Shown piece by piece: positions 1 through 12,200 of a stretch of 64,000 nt of DNA. Within the stretch, counting starts at the first letter, position 1, and every line of letters starts with the position of its first letter. The stretch spans positions 18,352,995 through 18,416,994 of the forward strand of contig OZ037765.1 in the NCBI GenBank assembly GCA_964035545.1, written 5' to 3'. Both the position numbers and the translations under genes were made by a program. The notes under the pieces were generated by a model. It was not told the origin of the DNA and did no database searches. It worked only from the letters and a program-made list of their open reading frames with translations. The stretch comes from Bugula neritina. Lineage: Eukaryota; Animalia; Bryozoa.

Positions 1-294
1 GATCAGCTATTTCTTTTTTAATGGGAAACTGTAAAAAGATTATTATACTTTAACTAATGATGAATTTTACCTGTACTTTTATATTTATAACATGGTTATC
101 AGTGTAACAGCAAATGTCCTGCGACTGCTTATCTAATGTTGACAACTCTTTTGGTGTTATTTATCAGCAGTTATCTCAACTAGACTCTCATGTGTTTGTA
201 GTGTGGCCAGATTATTAAATGTTCTCTTAATGTTTCTGAATGCAATGAAACAAGACCTGCAGGAATAGGCTCATCTGTTTGGCTAATATTGTAG

Positions 295-3200
295 ATACCG
301 GCCGCTTCTACAAACACCTACTGGAGAAATTGCTGACTTAAATCATGGCAGCATTAGAAGTCCAGAAGTGTTCATATGCATTAGACGAGGAAGGGATAAG
401 TCTCCCCTGATTGATATTGGGTAGATCTGGTTTTGCTGCTTACTGTTTACAAACTCATTTTGAAATAAAACAGTCACATATGTTTGATAGATTTGTGCTA
501 TTATTCAGCGCATCCACCTACGTATGTTGCGTGCATATAATATGCAGATGGATGTACTAATGCGTTTTGGTATGTAGTCAATGCTACAGGCTACCATTAT
601 TTCTCAAATACTATTAGCTTAGAGTCTATTCTCCTGTAAAAAGCATCACATGATTGCCTTGTTTAGCTACAAGGAAACAAGTACTTTTACTGTTCAGTGG
701 ATTTAAAATGCATCCCACTGTTTACCAGCTGCATTGGCATATATGATAGTAACATTGTAATATGCAGGGTGTTGTATGAAGGCACTGAGAGAGTGTTAGA
801 GGGATGTGAAGTTATCTACACAACACCTTATGGGAGACCTGCTAATATTAACAACACATCCAGCAGAATGTATTTAACATATAGAAGGGCAGATGAGACT
901 GCAAACTCAGATATATTGGCTGTCACCGATATATGTGTAATAAATGCTTCCAAGGTATAAATACTAGTAATTAAGACTGAGCACTAGTAGTGTAGACTGA
1001 GCACTAGTAGTGTATACTGAGCACTAGTAGTGTATACTGAGGACTAGTAGTGTATACTGAGCACTAGTAGTGTATACTGAGCACTAGTAGTGTATACTGA
1101 GGACTAGTAGTGTATACTGAGCACTAGTAGTGTAGACTGAGGACTAGTAATGTAGACTGAGGACTAGAAATGCAAGCCAGCTCTGACAGGGATTTAAGCA
1201 TATATTTGTCATTTGTCAGGAAAGAGTTTCTGTCTACTGGTGATATTGCTTTATGGCCTATGCCCTACTTTATAGCAATCTGCTATTCATTTGTTCACTT
1301 GTACTTGGTTTCTATAATTTCCACTTGGAGAAATTTTGCTAAAATAAGATGCTAGTATCTGAGTTGGTGCTGATATAATGTGCTGAAAATGCTCACAATT
1401 CAGAAGGATTCACAATAGAGTGCAGAACATGCTAAAATATAGAATACTGACTGTTCACTTGATCACCTAGCTTTGGTATCTTCTGTACTAGCAATACCTT
1501 TTCAGCCTTACTATGAACTGTGGTAATGTTCGTTGTTTTGTTTCCAGACATTCTCTTAGTCTTTAACAACTCAACTTGCAACTATCAATATAAGATTATT
1601 AATTTAGTTACAGTTGTCATGTTGTTGTTAGCTGTAAGTTCAATTTTGTGTAGTTTAACTGGTACTCAGTTGATGGCAATGCCGGTTGACAATCTGGTAT
1701 TCAAATTTTGTTTTTGTTTTCCATTAGTAGTCTATCATTTTTCATCTGATATTTATAGTTGCTACATCAGTTTTGTGGTTTTCTTGATAGGGTGAAAAGG
1801 CGCCACATTCATTTTGTAAAATAGATAAGAATTTAAACCAAGGAATGATGAGCTCCAGTGTTTACTTGTGTTACAAGAAGTCTATGCGTAAAGATTACGC
1901 TATAGCATATGAACCAGGTACAGCAGATGTGATTTCATAAATCTTTTCTTTTCACCCCCTACAGTTTGTCAAATCTATTTAGGTGCAGTAGTAGAGAATA
2001 TTTTTTAGCCCAAGTTCTTTAATTTTCTTGATAGATTTGGCTAGGAGCCTGCGTTGAAATTCTTGTGAGAGCATAATTTTTTTGCGACATTTTTCATTTG
2101 GGACACAGGCTTTACTCCATTTCTCCATTACTGCATCTACCTATCAAATCTACGTCAAATCTACTCAGTGCTAAGTCGATGTAACTAATAGCAATAATTA
2201 TACTGGTAACCTAGTATTTTCTAATGAAAAGTGTTATGATCATTGGTGAATTTTATAAGCAATGCTTTTTGTTTGAATGTATACTCAGTTTATTGTAAAA
2301 TCCAACACAGGTGTTCTCAGCCGTTACCCTGCTTGGGATTGGCCGGACTTCCCTCTTCCTGAAAACTCTGTAGCCATGTTTGGCTTGCCAATGGGAGCTA
2401 TGCTGGAATCATTGCCTGATAGGGCGGCGCAACCTAAGTCTGTCTTTTCAACTTTTGTTCTTACCGGGCTTGACGGTAAAAAAGTAAGTCTAAACCGATT
2501 TGTGACCCTCAGCATACATTTATGTGGCCCTCACAGGAATAAGAATAAAATTATTTCCCCAACATATATGAATTAAAGTGGAAAAACCACCTTTTAAACG
2601 TCAAATTAAGACATTATCTATATTTTATTTGTATACATGCTAAAAACATGTAGCCTGCAGTAGTTACTGGGACTTTATTGTATTAATGGTTTATTGGAAT
2701 TTAGAATAAATTAATTTGAAAAATACTGATGCCCTGGCTTCCAGCTCAAGCTAAATTTTACAAAGTAGCCTTGCCATCAGAATATTCCATTTTAGTGGCC
2801 CTCGCTCTGAAAATGTTAAACACACCTCTAATATATATGCATAAGCTCTCTATTAATGAATTCTAGGTTTATGGAGCCGCAGTAACATTTTATGAGCTGT
2901 ATAAAGACTCTGAGAAGCTGACAAGTGAGCAAAGTAAAACTCTCGGGCTGCACCTCAAGAAGAAACGCCGAGTTTATGTCAACAAAGCGATATGCGTGTT
3001 GGCAAAGCGACCTTTTTTCTCTGCCTTTCGCACTTTCTTACAGTTTATCTATAGGGAAACCTTAAATGGCAAGCCTAAAGACCTGCCAGTTGAAAGGTTT
3101 GTTATGTGTGCCAGTTGCAGATAATTTTGCTTAGATTTTGCTTGTGAGTTTGGGTTTATATGTAATTGCTTTATTTCGTGGTCTTACAACTTCACATGCT

Positions 3201-6200
3201 GCAAAGTTCCGCTCGAACTAGCAGTTGTATTTTGTACTTTATAAATGAAGATGGGCATGTCACTTGTGTCCCCAGCAGTGGCTCAAATTTTGGGAAGATT
3301 CATCTGTCACGCTACTATAATTTGATAAGCAGTCACTAGGACATGAATTAATTACCAATGTGTTACAACTAGAGCTAATTTTATTTTATGTCTAAATTAT
3401 ACGACTTAATTCTCATTTATTTGCATTTAAAAGTATAATTTAGTCACTGCAACACTTATATCACTTTGCAGTTATCTATACTTCATAGTTGCACTCACTT
3501 TTATGTCGTGCCTTGATTTCAAACATCAGTAAATTTGAAGCTAGTATTGTTATTGAGGTCATGTGGTTCCTGTTATTACCATACTTCCAAAGCAATGAAC
3601 TATAATAGCATGCTTAGATAGCCAACTCCATAATGTACATTTGTTTGATTTCAAAAACATATTTTATTCATTAAACAGTAGATGGGAAAATAAAAATAAT
3701 GCTGGTTTACATTTTAAATCATTTTCACCTTTTGACCTTGTAAGTTGCAGTAATCAAAACTTCCTGGTAGCCTATGCTCTCTCAGCTAAGCTTATTGTTG
3801 TTGTTTTAGAATTAACATGAAAGTGCACATTTATTTTGTAGGCTAATATCTCACTTCATGTGGGAAGTTCCATTCCCCAGCCCCGAAAGGCCCCGTGTAC
3901 TTGCTCAACTCTCTGATAACTCTACTGCTACAATCAATCTGCCAGATGAAAGTCCCATACCACTCAGGTTTGTTGTTTCTTTTCAAAAATCACGATTTGC
4001 ATTTATTTATTACATCACACCCTCAGGAATAGAAAGTTGTTCAAAGCCATTTTTGTCCAGCACTGTACTGTAGATAACTTCAAACTAGTTCTACGTCGCA
4101 AACTGCAACTTCTAAGAACTCTTGAAGGGACTTAGTCCTACTAAAACTGAGCGTTTGTGTTTAGCTCAATCTTTACATTCTAATAGCAAAGCAAACAGAC
4201 CAACCTAATACAATTTAATGTCAATCACAATGATCAGTTTTGGCTATTACTATTTTGGCTAGTTTGTATCTAAAGATACGTCAAACACACTTCTAATAAT
4301 CCATTCTAGTGTATTCTAAGTTTATATCTGCATTGCCAGCTTATTCTTAAGTTGATCAATTCCATGTGTTTGATACAATTTGCAGTGGATCATCCTTTTC
4401 AACCATGCTGAGGAACCTGGGCGTAGAAAACACCATCAGTTTGCTTACTATGGTTCTGCTAGAGAAGAAAATTCTCATCCACTCACTAAGACCAGCTGTT
4501 CTGACTGGCGTTATAGAAGCTGTTGGTGTGTGGTATAATTAATTTATTGCTTTCCAGTCGAAAAATATGTACCAATCTGCTTGTGTGATCATGTGACGCA
4601 GTATGATGCTCTCTTACAGGTAGTATGATATTCCCCTTCAGCTGGCAGTGTCCTTATATTCCACTGTGTCCTCTTGGTATCTCGGAGGTCTTGTTTGCTC
4701 CTTTGCCGTATATAGTTGGTAAGCTCTCTATGCCATACACTGGCTTTATTATCACAAACCCTAAATATACTGATTGTTACATTGTCAGCTTCATATCAAT
4801 TGAATGTCATTTCCCGTTTAACAGGTGTGGACTCTCGTTACTTTGATCTGTATGATCCGCCACCGGAGGTGACTTGTGTTGACTTGGATACCAACACTAT
4901 CTCTAAACCCAGCGACAACAAACTCTTACCTAAGGTTGGTATCTGATCTGTTACTATACTTACATATTACTGTAACATGCAGTGTATGTGATAGTCCTAC
5001 CACTGACTACCACCAACTGTTGCACCTATATTTTTCTAGGTGCAACTCTGTGATTGGTTCACCGTCTTCAAAATACCTCAGTATTCTTGTGTAATTACTC
5101 AATGTTTATTTATTTAGATAACGTTATATATTTTCCAAACTTTTTCATATAAATGAAAAACAAATTCTGAAAATTTTTTCGCAGTTGTTTGACCTTAAAA
5201 GCTTGCCTAGTTTTATCAGTAAGAATACCTTGTTTTAGCATATTTGATATAAACCTAGCCATTTTCGTATTCTCTGTTTCTATGGTTGTCCTGTGAATTT
5301 TTGTTTATGAGCCAAGTGCATGGAGTAACAATCTGCTAGAATAATATTTCAACTTTGAATTTCAGAGGCCAACAAAAGTTCTGCGTGTTACTCTGGAGAA
5401 ATATTACTATGAGGCCGAGGAGAGAGGTCACGGCCATGCTACGGATGATAAGTCTCTAGCTGCAGAGGTAACTACGTAAACCTGCTCACAGCTAATCTAT
5501 AGTACTGTAAAAAAACTCACACAGGTTTATAGCCACTGTTCATTTGAGAACCCCTGATGGAAAGGGTTTTTTAAGGGGGCTAAAGACTTATTCATATGTG
5601 GCACGGGAGCAATTATGACTGGATGCTCTTCCTAACATCACCATTGGCATTTACTGGAAATCGAACCCATGATTGCAGGTTTACTAAGCCACCGCTCTAA
5701 CCGCTAGACCACGGCTGCTCTCTAGTACAGTCCAAAAGTCATTTTATTAAATATGTAGTTTTGTTTCAGCTGCAAGCATGAAATTTTTTTCTGCTCTAAA
5801 ATGTCTGCCGTTGTATTTTCTATGTGCAGCCTATATACAGGTATATTAATGCAAGTGATGTCAATCAAAGTTTCCAACCATTATAATGTGACATTCACCT
5901 TGTCAAGTTCTCATTCAGCTTGATTTCTATCTGCAGAAAGTCTTAGATACCAACATCCAGGAAGCTTTCCTTCGGTTCATGGCTGCGATACTGAAAGGTT
6001 ATAAGAATTTCCTGCTTCCTATCACAACAGCTCCGAGTGAAGCTGCCGCAACTAGCGTGAAACAGCTTTTTGATGTGAAAGGTACATAGTTTTTTCTTAC
6101 CAAACACTATGTCATGTATGTAATGTACTATTGTCTATTTTGTAATTAAAGATGAAGGTAATAGTTTATAACAAATAACACTCGTGCAAGTTTATAGTCA

Positions 6201-9200
6201 CCATCCTTGTAAGAAGGGTTCGAACCCATGACTTCGTGTTTACTAAGCCAGTGCTCTAACCCCTAGACCACGGCTGCTCTCTAATAGTTTATAACAAGTG
6301 TTGTGTAGTCTTTTTCTGTTTGTAGGTTTCCTCAAAAGCAGGGACAAAGCTTACCACAAGTTATTTGAACAGATGGTGAGAACTCAGGCATTTACTAGAT
6401 TCATTGAAGAAAGGTCATTTAACACCAGAGGCGATACCAGTTTCCTTTTCTTTGATGAGTGTACAGAGAATGTGGATGAAAACTATGACATTCCTAAACT
6501 TCTTGAGATTGACCCATATAAATCGTGAGTCCTGATGGCATTGTACTGATTACTCTCACTCTGCATGTTCACACCTGCCAATTATAGTTTGCCTGCATTT
6601 TGTAAATTTGTCTCTGAACAATAATACTCTTGGTTAGTTGGAGTAATTTTTTTTCCATCTGTCTTTAAGAGCGGTTTAAAAAACAACGGCATAATTTCAC
6701 TTGGTGGTAAGTTATGTACAGGATAATCAAATCTTCGAAACTTTTAATATCCTAATAATGTTTTTAAAATAGTTTTATATAGGGGCAGTAGAATATATGT
6801 AGTTTGCAAACAAAAGGCATATTGAATAAGTAGGTAGCTCTTTTGTTTTATAAATTGAACAAATTTCCAAATAACTGCTACTAAGTTATTTTTGCTCCTT
6901 TAGCATAAATGCTATTTATCAAAACACCGAAATACTTCAAATGTTGTGCTGTCATTATAAGTTATCTTATTATATAGCAAGATATTTTTTCTAAGAGAAA
7001 GGCTGTAAGAATGTTAAAAATGTACTGAGTTGAATGCAATGTGCGATCACGATTCAAAGCTAGTGATATTAGAAATATACATGATTTTGTAGAGACCGGA
7101 CTGTGTACATCTCCCCTCCACTACCAGACGGTACTCTTACCCCACCATACACTTACGACTACTTTCCAAACACATTTAATTCTGAGCTCTTCTTGAATCG
7201 GGAGAAGCCTGCTGATGTTCCTGGTGTAGATTCCACGTTGCTTGCAGATAAAAAGACCTTTATTGCTAAACGCAGCAAAGTCGAAGTAAAAGCATCATTA
7301 AAGGTAAATATGCTGTAAATATTTTATAAGTAAACTGAAGAGGCAAGTTTTGTAAATCTGCGATGAAAAACTACAAGCAGACAGCAGCTATTTTTCAGTT
7401 TCCTATAATGCTCTTTTGAATAACATACTCGCTGAATATAAATTCTTAAATTAGACTAGTCAATGAAAAATAATTGCTTTAAATACAGGTTGTCATAATT
7501 TTTAGCAAATGTATTTTTAAATTAAATTAACATTCATTTTAATTACATTTTTATTAAGTAGTGTTATTTACTGATCCATTAAGTTGCTGATAAATTTAGG
7601 CTAAAAACATGAACAGTTAATGCCTACAGATTATCAGACAATTTATAGCAAGCAGGGGAATGTGTTGATATAAATTAATGAATGTAATAGAATCTCTGGT
7701 GTACGTACAACTTTAAACTTCAAAATATTAACTGTAGTGCTTAACATAAAATCTCATTAGTCAAAAGCTATAATTTCTGTTTGACTTAACTTTAACAATG
7801 AGGTTCATCAGAAGGATGGAGACTTTGAACAAACAAATGTGATTTTTTTAGATGTTATGCAATAAGCCAAGTGTATCATTTTAATCAGTATAATATTTTT
7901 CTTATTGGCTGCATTTTTTTATTTGCACAAACTTACCATCGAATATTGTATAGCTGAAGATTTTCATTTAAATGATGTCACAATTCTATTGTAGGTGGCA
8001 TCCGTTTCAAGGAAAGGTGTTGCCTCCTCTACACTCTGGTCCAAATGTTTAGTGAACAACACATTTAGCCTGTGGTTTGTGCATCTTCCTTCATTTATAC
8101 TCGCTTCACAATCTCCCCTTTCTACAATGAGGGCGGCTTGCGCTATCCTGAAGAAGCTGCAGGAGTTCAGGCTATATACTCCTGACGAGGTATTGCTTTA
8201 GCCCTACTAATCCTACTAACATATTGCATCATCTGTGTGATTAAATTGTCGAATAGAAGAATCTTTATTATTTTCCATATTATTTTCTTCTTTCTATCAA
8301 TATCTAAAAAACATATACTGGCTCATCTACGTCATGATTATAACTTGCTACTTTGGATAAATGCTGGTAACAGATTCTAGTCATACTTTATTCATGAGTT
8401 GGCATCATTTTGTTGACTTTCTTAAATGACTAATCTAATTTTCCCATTTTAAGATTGATGTTCAAAACCTGTTGTGCTAAAGTATGTATTTTTACATAAA
8501 AAAGCTAAAATCTCACGGGTGTTATATTACTTAATATCGACACAATTAGCTTTTATCAAACAATTATTAGCTGCACAGAGTGTTGAATCATAACAACTGA
8601 TTGGGTTGACAACTTCCATTATTGCCTTTCTTATTTACAATAAAGTTGTGTTCCCTAAGTTTTCATTATGAAATTTTTATCTTGTTGATGAGAAATATTT
8701 TTCTTGAGTGTAAGTGATAATAAATTGTTACGTTAGTGTTATTGTCCCCAGATAATGTTGGAGGACAAGCTGCCCAATACTATGTATATGACTAAGTTGG
8801 TAAGACACCATAGATTCCCATACATGTGATTACCATTGATGAAATTAATCCGCTACTAAACACACAATGTGTGTACTACTTGAGCATTGGTCTTGTATAG
8901 TCTGACCAATCTCACTGGGCTCAGCTATCTTACTATGGCTGCTGCTGCTGACACCTACTACTATCTTAATCTACTCAACGTCTCATTTTGTGTGGGTTTC
9001 AGGGCTATTCTCACTTCATGCTTCAAATTTTCTCGTAGATTACTTTTCACTGTGAATTTTCCACTCCTCTCTTAATGCCTTTCTTACAAATTGCATGGTA
9101 GATCTGCTTATTGATTCAAAGCGGTCTACCAGTACCGCACGCGGAACATGTCTCGGACGTAAAGTACCAGTAAAACTTGTCTGTTGGTCTTCAGTAGAAA

Positions 9201-12200
9201 TATATACTGTTGTCTGTCAGTATTTGAAGACTAATATCTTGGCTATGGATTTACTAATCATTAGTTTTAAAATCAGTGTTGATGCTCATGTTATGCTTTT
9301 AAAGCATATAAAAATTTTAATTACAAAACTTTTTCGGATGCACACATACTCAGTTCTGTAATTTAAATTATTTTGTTTTATATTCATAGTTTCTATTTAA
9401 TTTTTTAATTACTCAGTGGGTTGTGCTATAAGGGAGTTCTAATGTTGTAGATGCCTTATTGTACCATGATGCAGCTCTGTGGCATATACAAGCTTCCAGT
9501 GCTGGCAGTCCTTGTACTCTGTGAAATGAGAAGCATTAACCTGCCGGCCAACGCCGTCACGTATGGTTACTATAACCAGGTCGGTCTACGCAGCTGCTTG
9601 CATTCTGTTACTCTATTTCTCTGCTGGTCAAATTTTACAGTCTATTCAAAACTTTATCCCAGGGTCCAGTCATTTTACTGAAGCCTAATTTTTTATATTT
9701 ATATGCAATAACATAATTTAGTGGTAAATACCAGTTTTTTTACCTATCAACTAGAGTTTTGTTCTTTTCACCAAACTCACTGAATGTATGTAATAACACA
9801 CTTACTGTCATAGCTATCTACACACTGTCACCATAGTCTGAATCTGATGCATTTACTGTGAACATTAGGCAGTGCTAGAGAGTAAATGGCCTTCAGAGAC
9901 GTCTAACGCTCTGGTGAAATGGAGAAGAGTCCGCCACTTGGTTATGGCCATCTCGCAGTTGAAAGCGGCACTGAAGAATAAAAGTATGTCTGCTTTAATG
10001 TGTGCCTTTAGTGAATGCGTGCGTCAAAGTTGATAATTACATAGAATATAAACTGCTGTGTATGCAATCTACTGTTATTGACTTGCAGCATGCCAAGTCC
10101 TGGTGTATTGTGTGTCACTTGAGTATGTTCAATATATGTGACCAGTCGCGACAAAACCGGGGATGTGGCGGCGTTTATTAAGTGTAGTAAATGAAGGTTT
10201 AATTTGGAAATACTTAAATTTGAAATTAATTTTCAATTTTTAGATTTTAGACTTTTCTAATGCAAAAAAATCCAAGGATTTCAAAAATCATACTTTCGTA
10301 AGCATTTGATGATTCCTTCAGCTCTAAAATTGCATTTAAAGTTGGTAACTAAGGCTTTCAATTTTTTAAATGATGAAAAAATTGCGAAGTTATCAATTAA
10401 AGAAAGAAGACAATTTTAGTCGTTTTCATAGCGTGAGATCTTGCAAATTTATTTTTTATCAAATAAATTTAGGTTACACCTCTTTCTTCATACTGTCAGA
10501 AGCATCATATTTAAAATCGAAGGCTAGTTCTAGTTTTTCATCGTGTTCCATCCAAAGTTAGCTTTTAAGTTACTGAGCTGTTTTGCCCTTTGGTGATAAA
10601 TGCTGAACTTAATCTTTATCTTTAGCGTTCAGGCTTGAAAACCACAACAATACAGGTAATTATACTCAAAACAATCATTTACGCTACTAACTTAGAATTG
10701 TTGCCAGGATTATTTGTAGTTATCAATTTATTAATATTTATACTATCACTAGGAGTAGGAGTATGTCTTAGTCTATTCCATTCTATACTACTACTAGTCT
10801 ACTAGTAACTATTTAAATGACTCTCACTATGACTCACAGTTTGAGGTACGGTTACTCATAATGATATTCATGATGAATATTATTCATGATTTACTGATAC
10901 TGGTATTTAGTAGTAAAACCAAATGTAACTCATTAATAATATTAATGGTATAACTATAACTTAAACTATAAGTATAAGTATAGGTAATTGATAATTATAA
11001 ATTCACCATTACTATTACTTATTACTTATTAGTATTACTGTATTAGTATTTGAGTCTGACTCTGAGTTTCGCCTTTGCTCTTAAAACTTTATACTCATAC
11101 TGATAGCATCATATTTATTCTATAGTTAATATTTCAATTTACATTAGACTTACTCGTACTCTTAGTCTTAGTAACTTTTAGCCTCTGTCTTAGATTTTGT
11201 CGATACAGTTACTGATTACTATTAATATTCGTATTAACATTAGGCCTACTAGTACTAGTCAAACTACCGGTTCCTTTTGTGATTTTTAAATTAGCTCAAA
11301 GTTTAATTTAAAATATAATGATAAGATCTTTATCACATGATGCAAGCTTACAGTTAGTGTTACTATCAAAACTCAATTGATAATCATATTTATATTGATA
11401 AAAGCATCACCTATAACCAAATTGAAATGATAAATGTGACTAAATGTAAATGAGTATAATGAAATATTAATGCGAGTTCATGATGATTCTATAGTTGACT
11501 GACTTAGTTTTTTAGTAAGTTACTTTTAGTCTCATTTAGTGAGTAGTAACACTTAGCCTAGGGCCACACAGTGCGTATTTTCGCATGCGAAAAATGAAAT
11601 CACAAGTAGCAAAGGTGTCCACTGTAGCGTCAGTGATGCGTGATAAATAAAGCATTCATTTTTAAATCGCACTCGCTTTCAATAAAACGCAATTTACTGG
11701 AATGTAGCACTAAAATAAAGAAATTGGGCTCGCTGAATAACTACCAGCCAATTAGGTGACGACGACAGAGACGATTCACACTTGCGTTAAAAATGCAGAG
11801 CGACAAGTGCGAATGTTTTCTCAACGCGCACAGTGGACACCTTTGCTACTTGTGATTTCAATTTTCACATGCGAAAATACGCACCGTGTGGCCCTAGGCT
11901 AACTGAATGCATAAATAGTCTAAACTTTTAAATTTTATTATAAGATGAGCAAAAATTTATTCATATTTTAAAGTAATTTATTGAATTCAAATCGATTTTA
12001 TAGTAAATGTCTTTAATAGATTCAGTTGCACTAAGCTAGCTTTTTTACTCAATTAAATGCCTGAGTGGTTAATAGTTATCTAAAGACATTGCTTCAAAAT
12101 TGCCAATTGCAGATATGCTAGATATTCAAGTGCATAATTTTACTGATAATACTATGTTAATATAGAATAATCTGATATTCTGTACATTTTAGAAAGTGCA

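Noticed and set aside
962-1168. Regular short repeats (also 16261-16510, 32313-32708, 40968-41373) as CRISPR arrays
   Set aside because: The units are contiguous with no unique spacers, there are no cas genes, and the context is a eukaryotic genome with spliceosomal introns.
5640-5722. Functional tRNA gene
   Set aside because: A/B boxes are present, but the sequence continues into a repeated SINE body with TSDs and does not close a proper cloverleaf.
8887-9361. Intronic ORFs and a CpG-richer patch at ~9120-9170 as a nested gene or ncRNA
   Set aside because: No protein motif, splice structure or convincing snoRNA box arrangement; possibly old repeat debris but not supportable.
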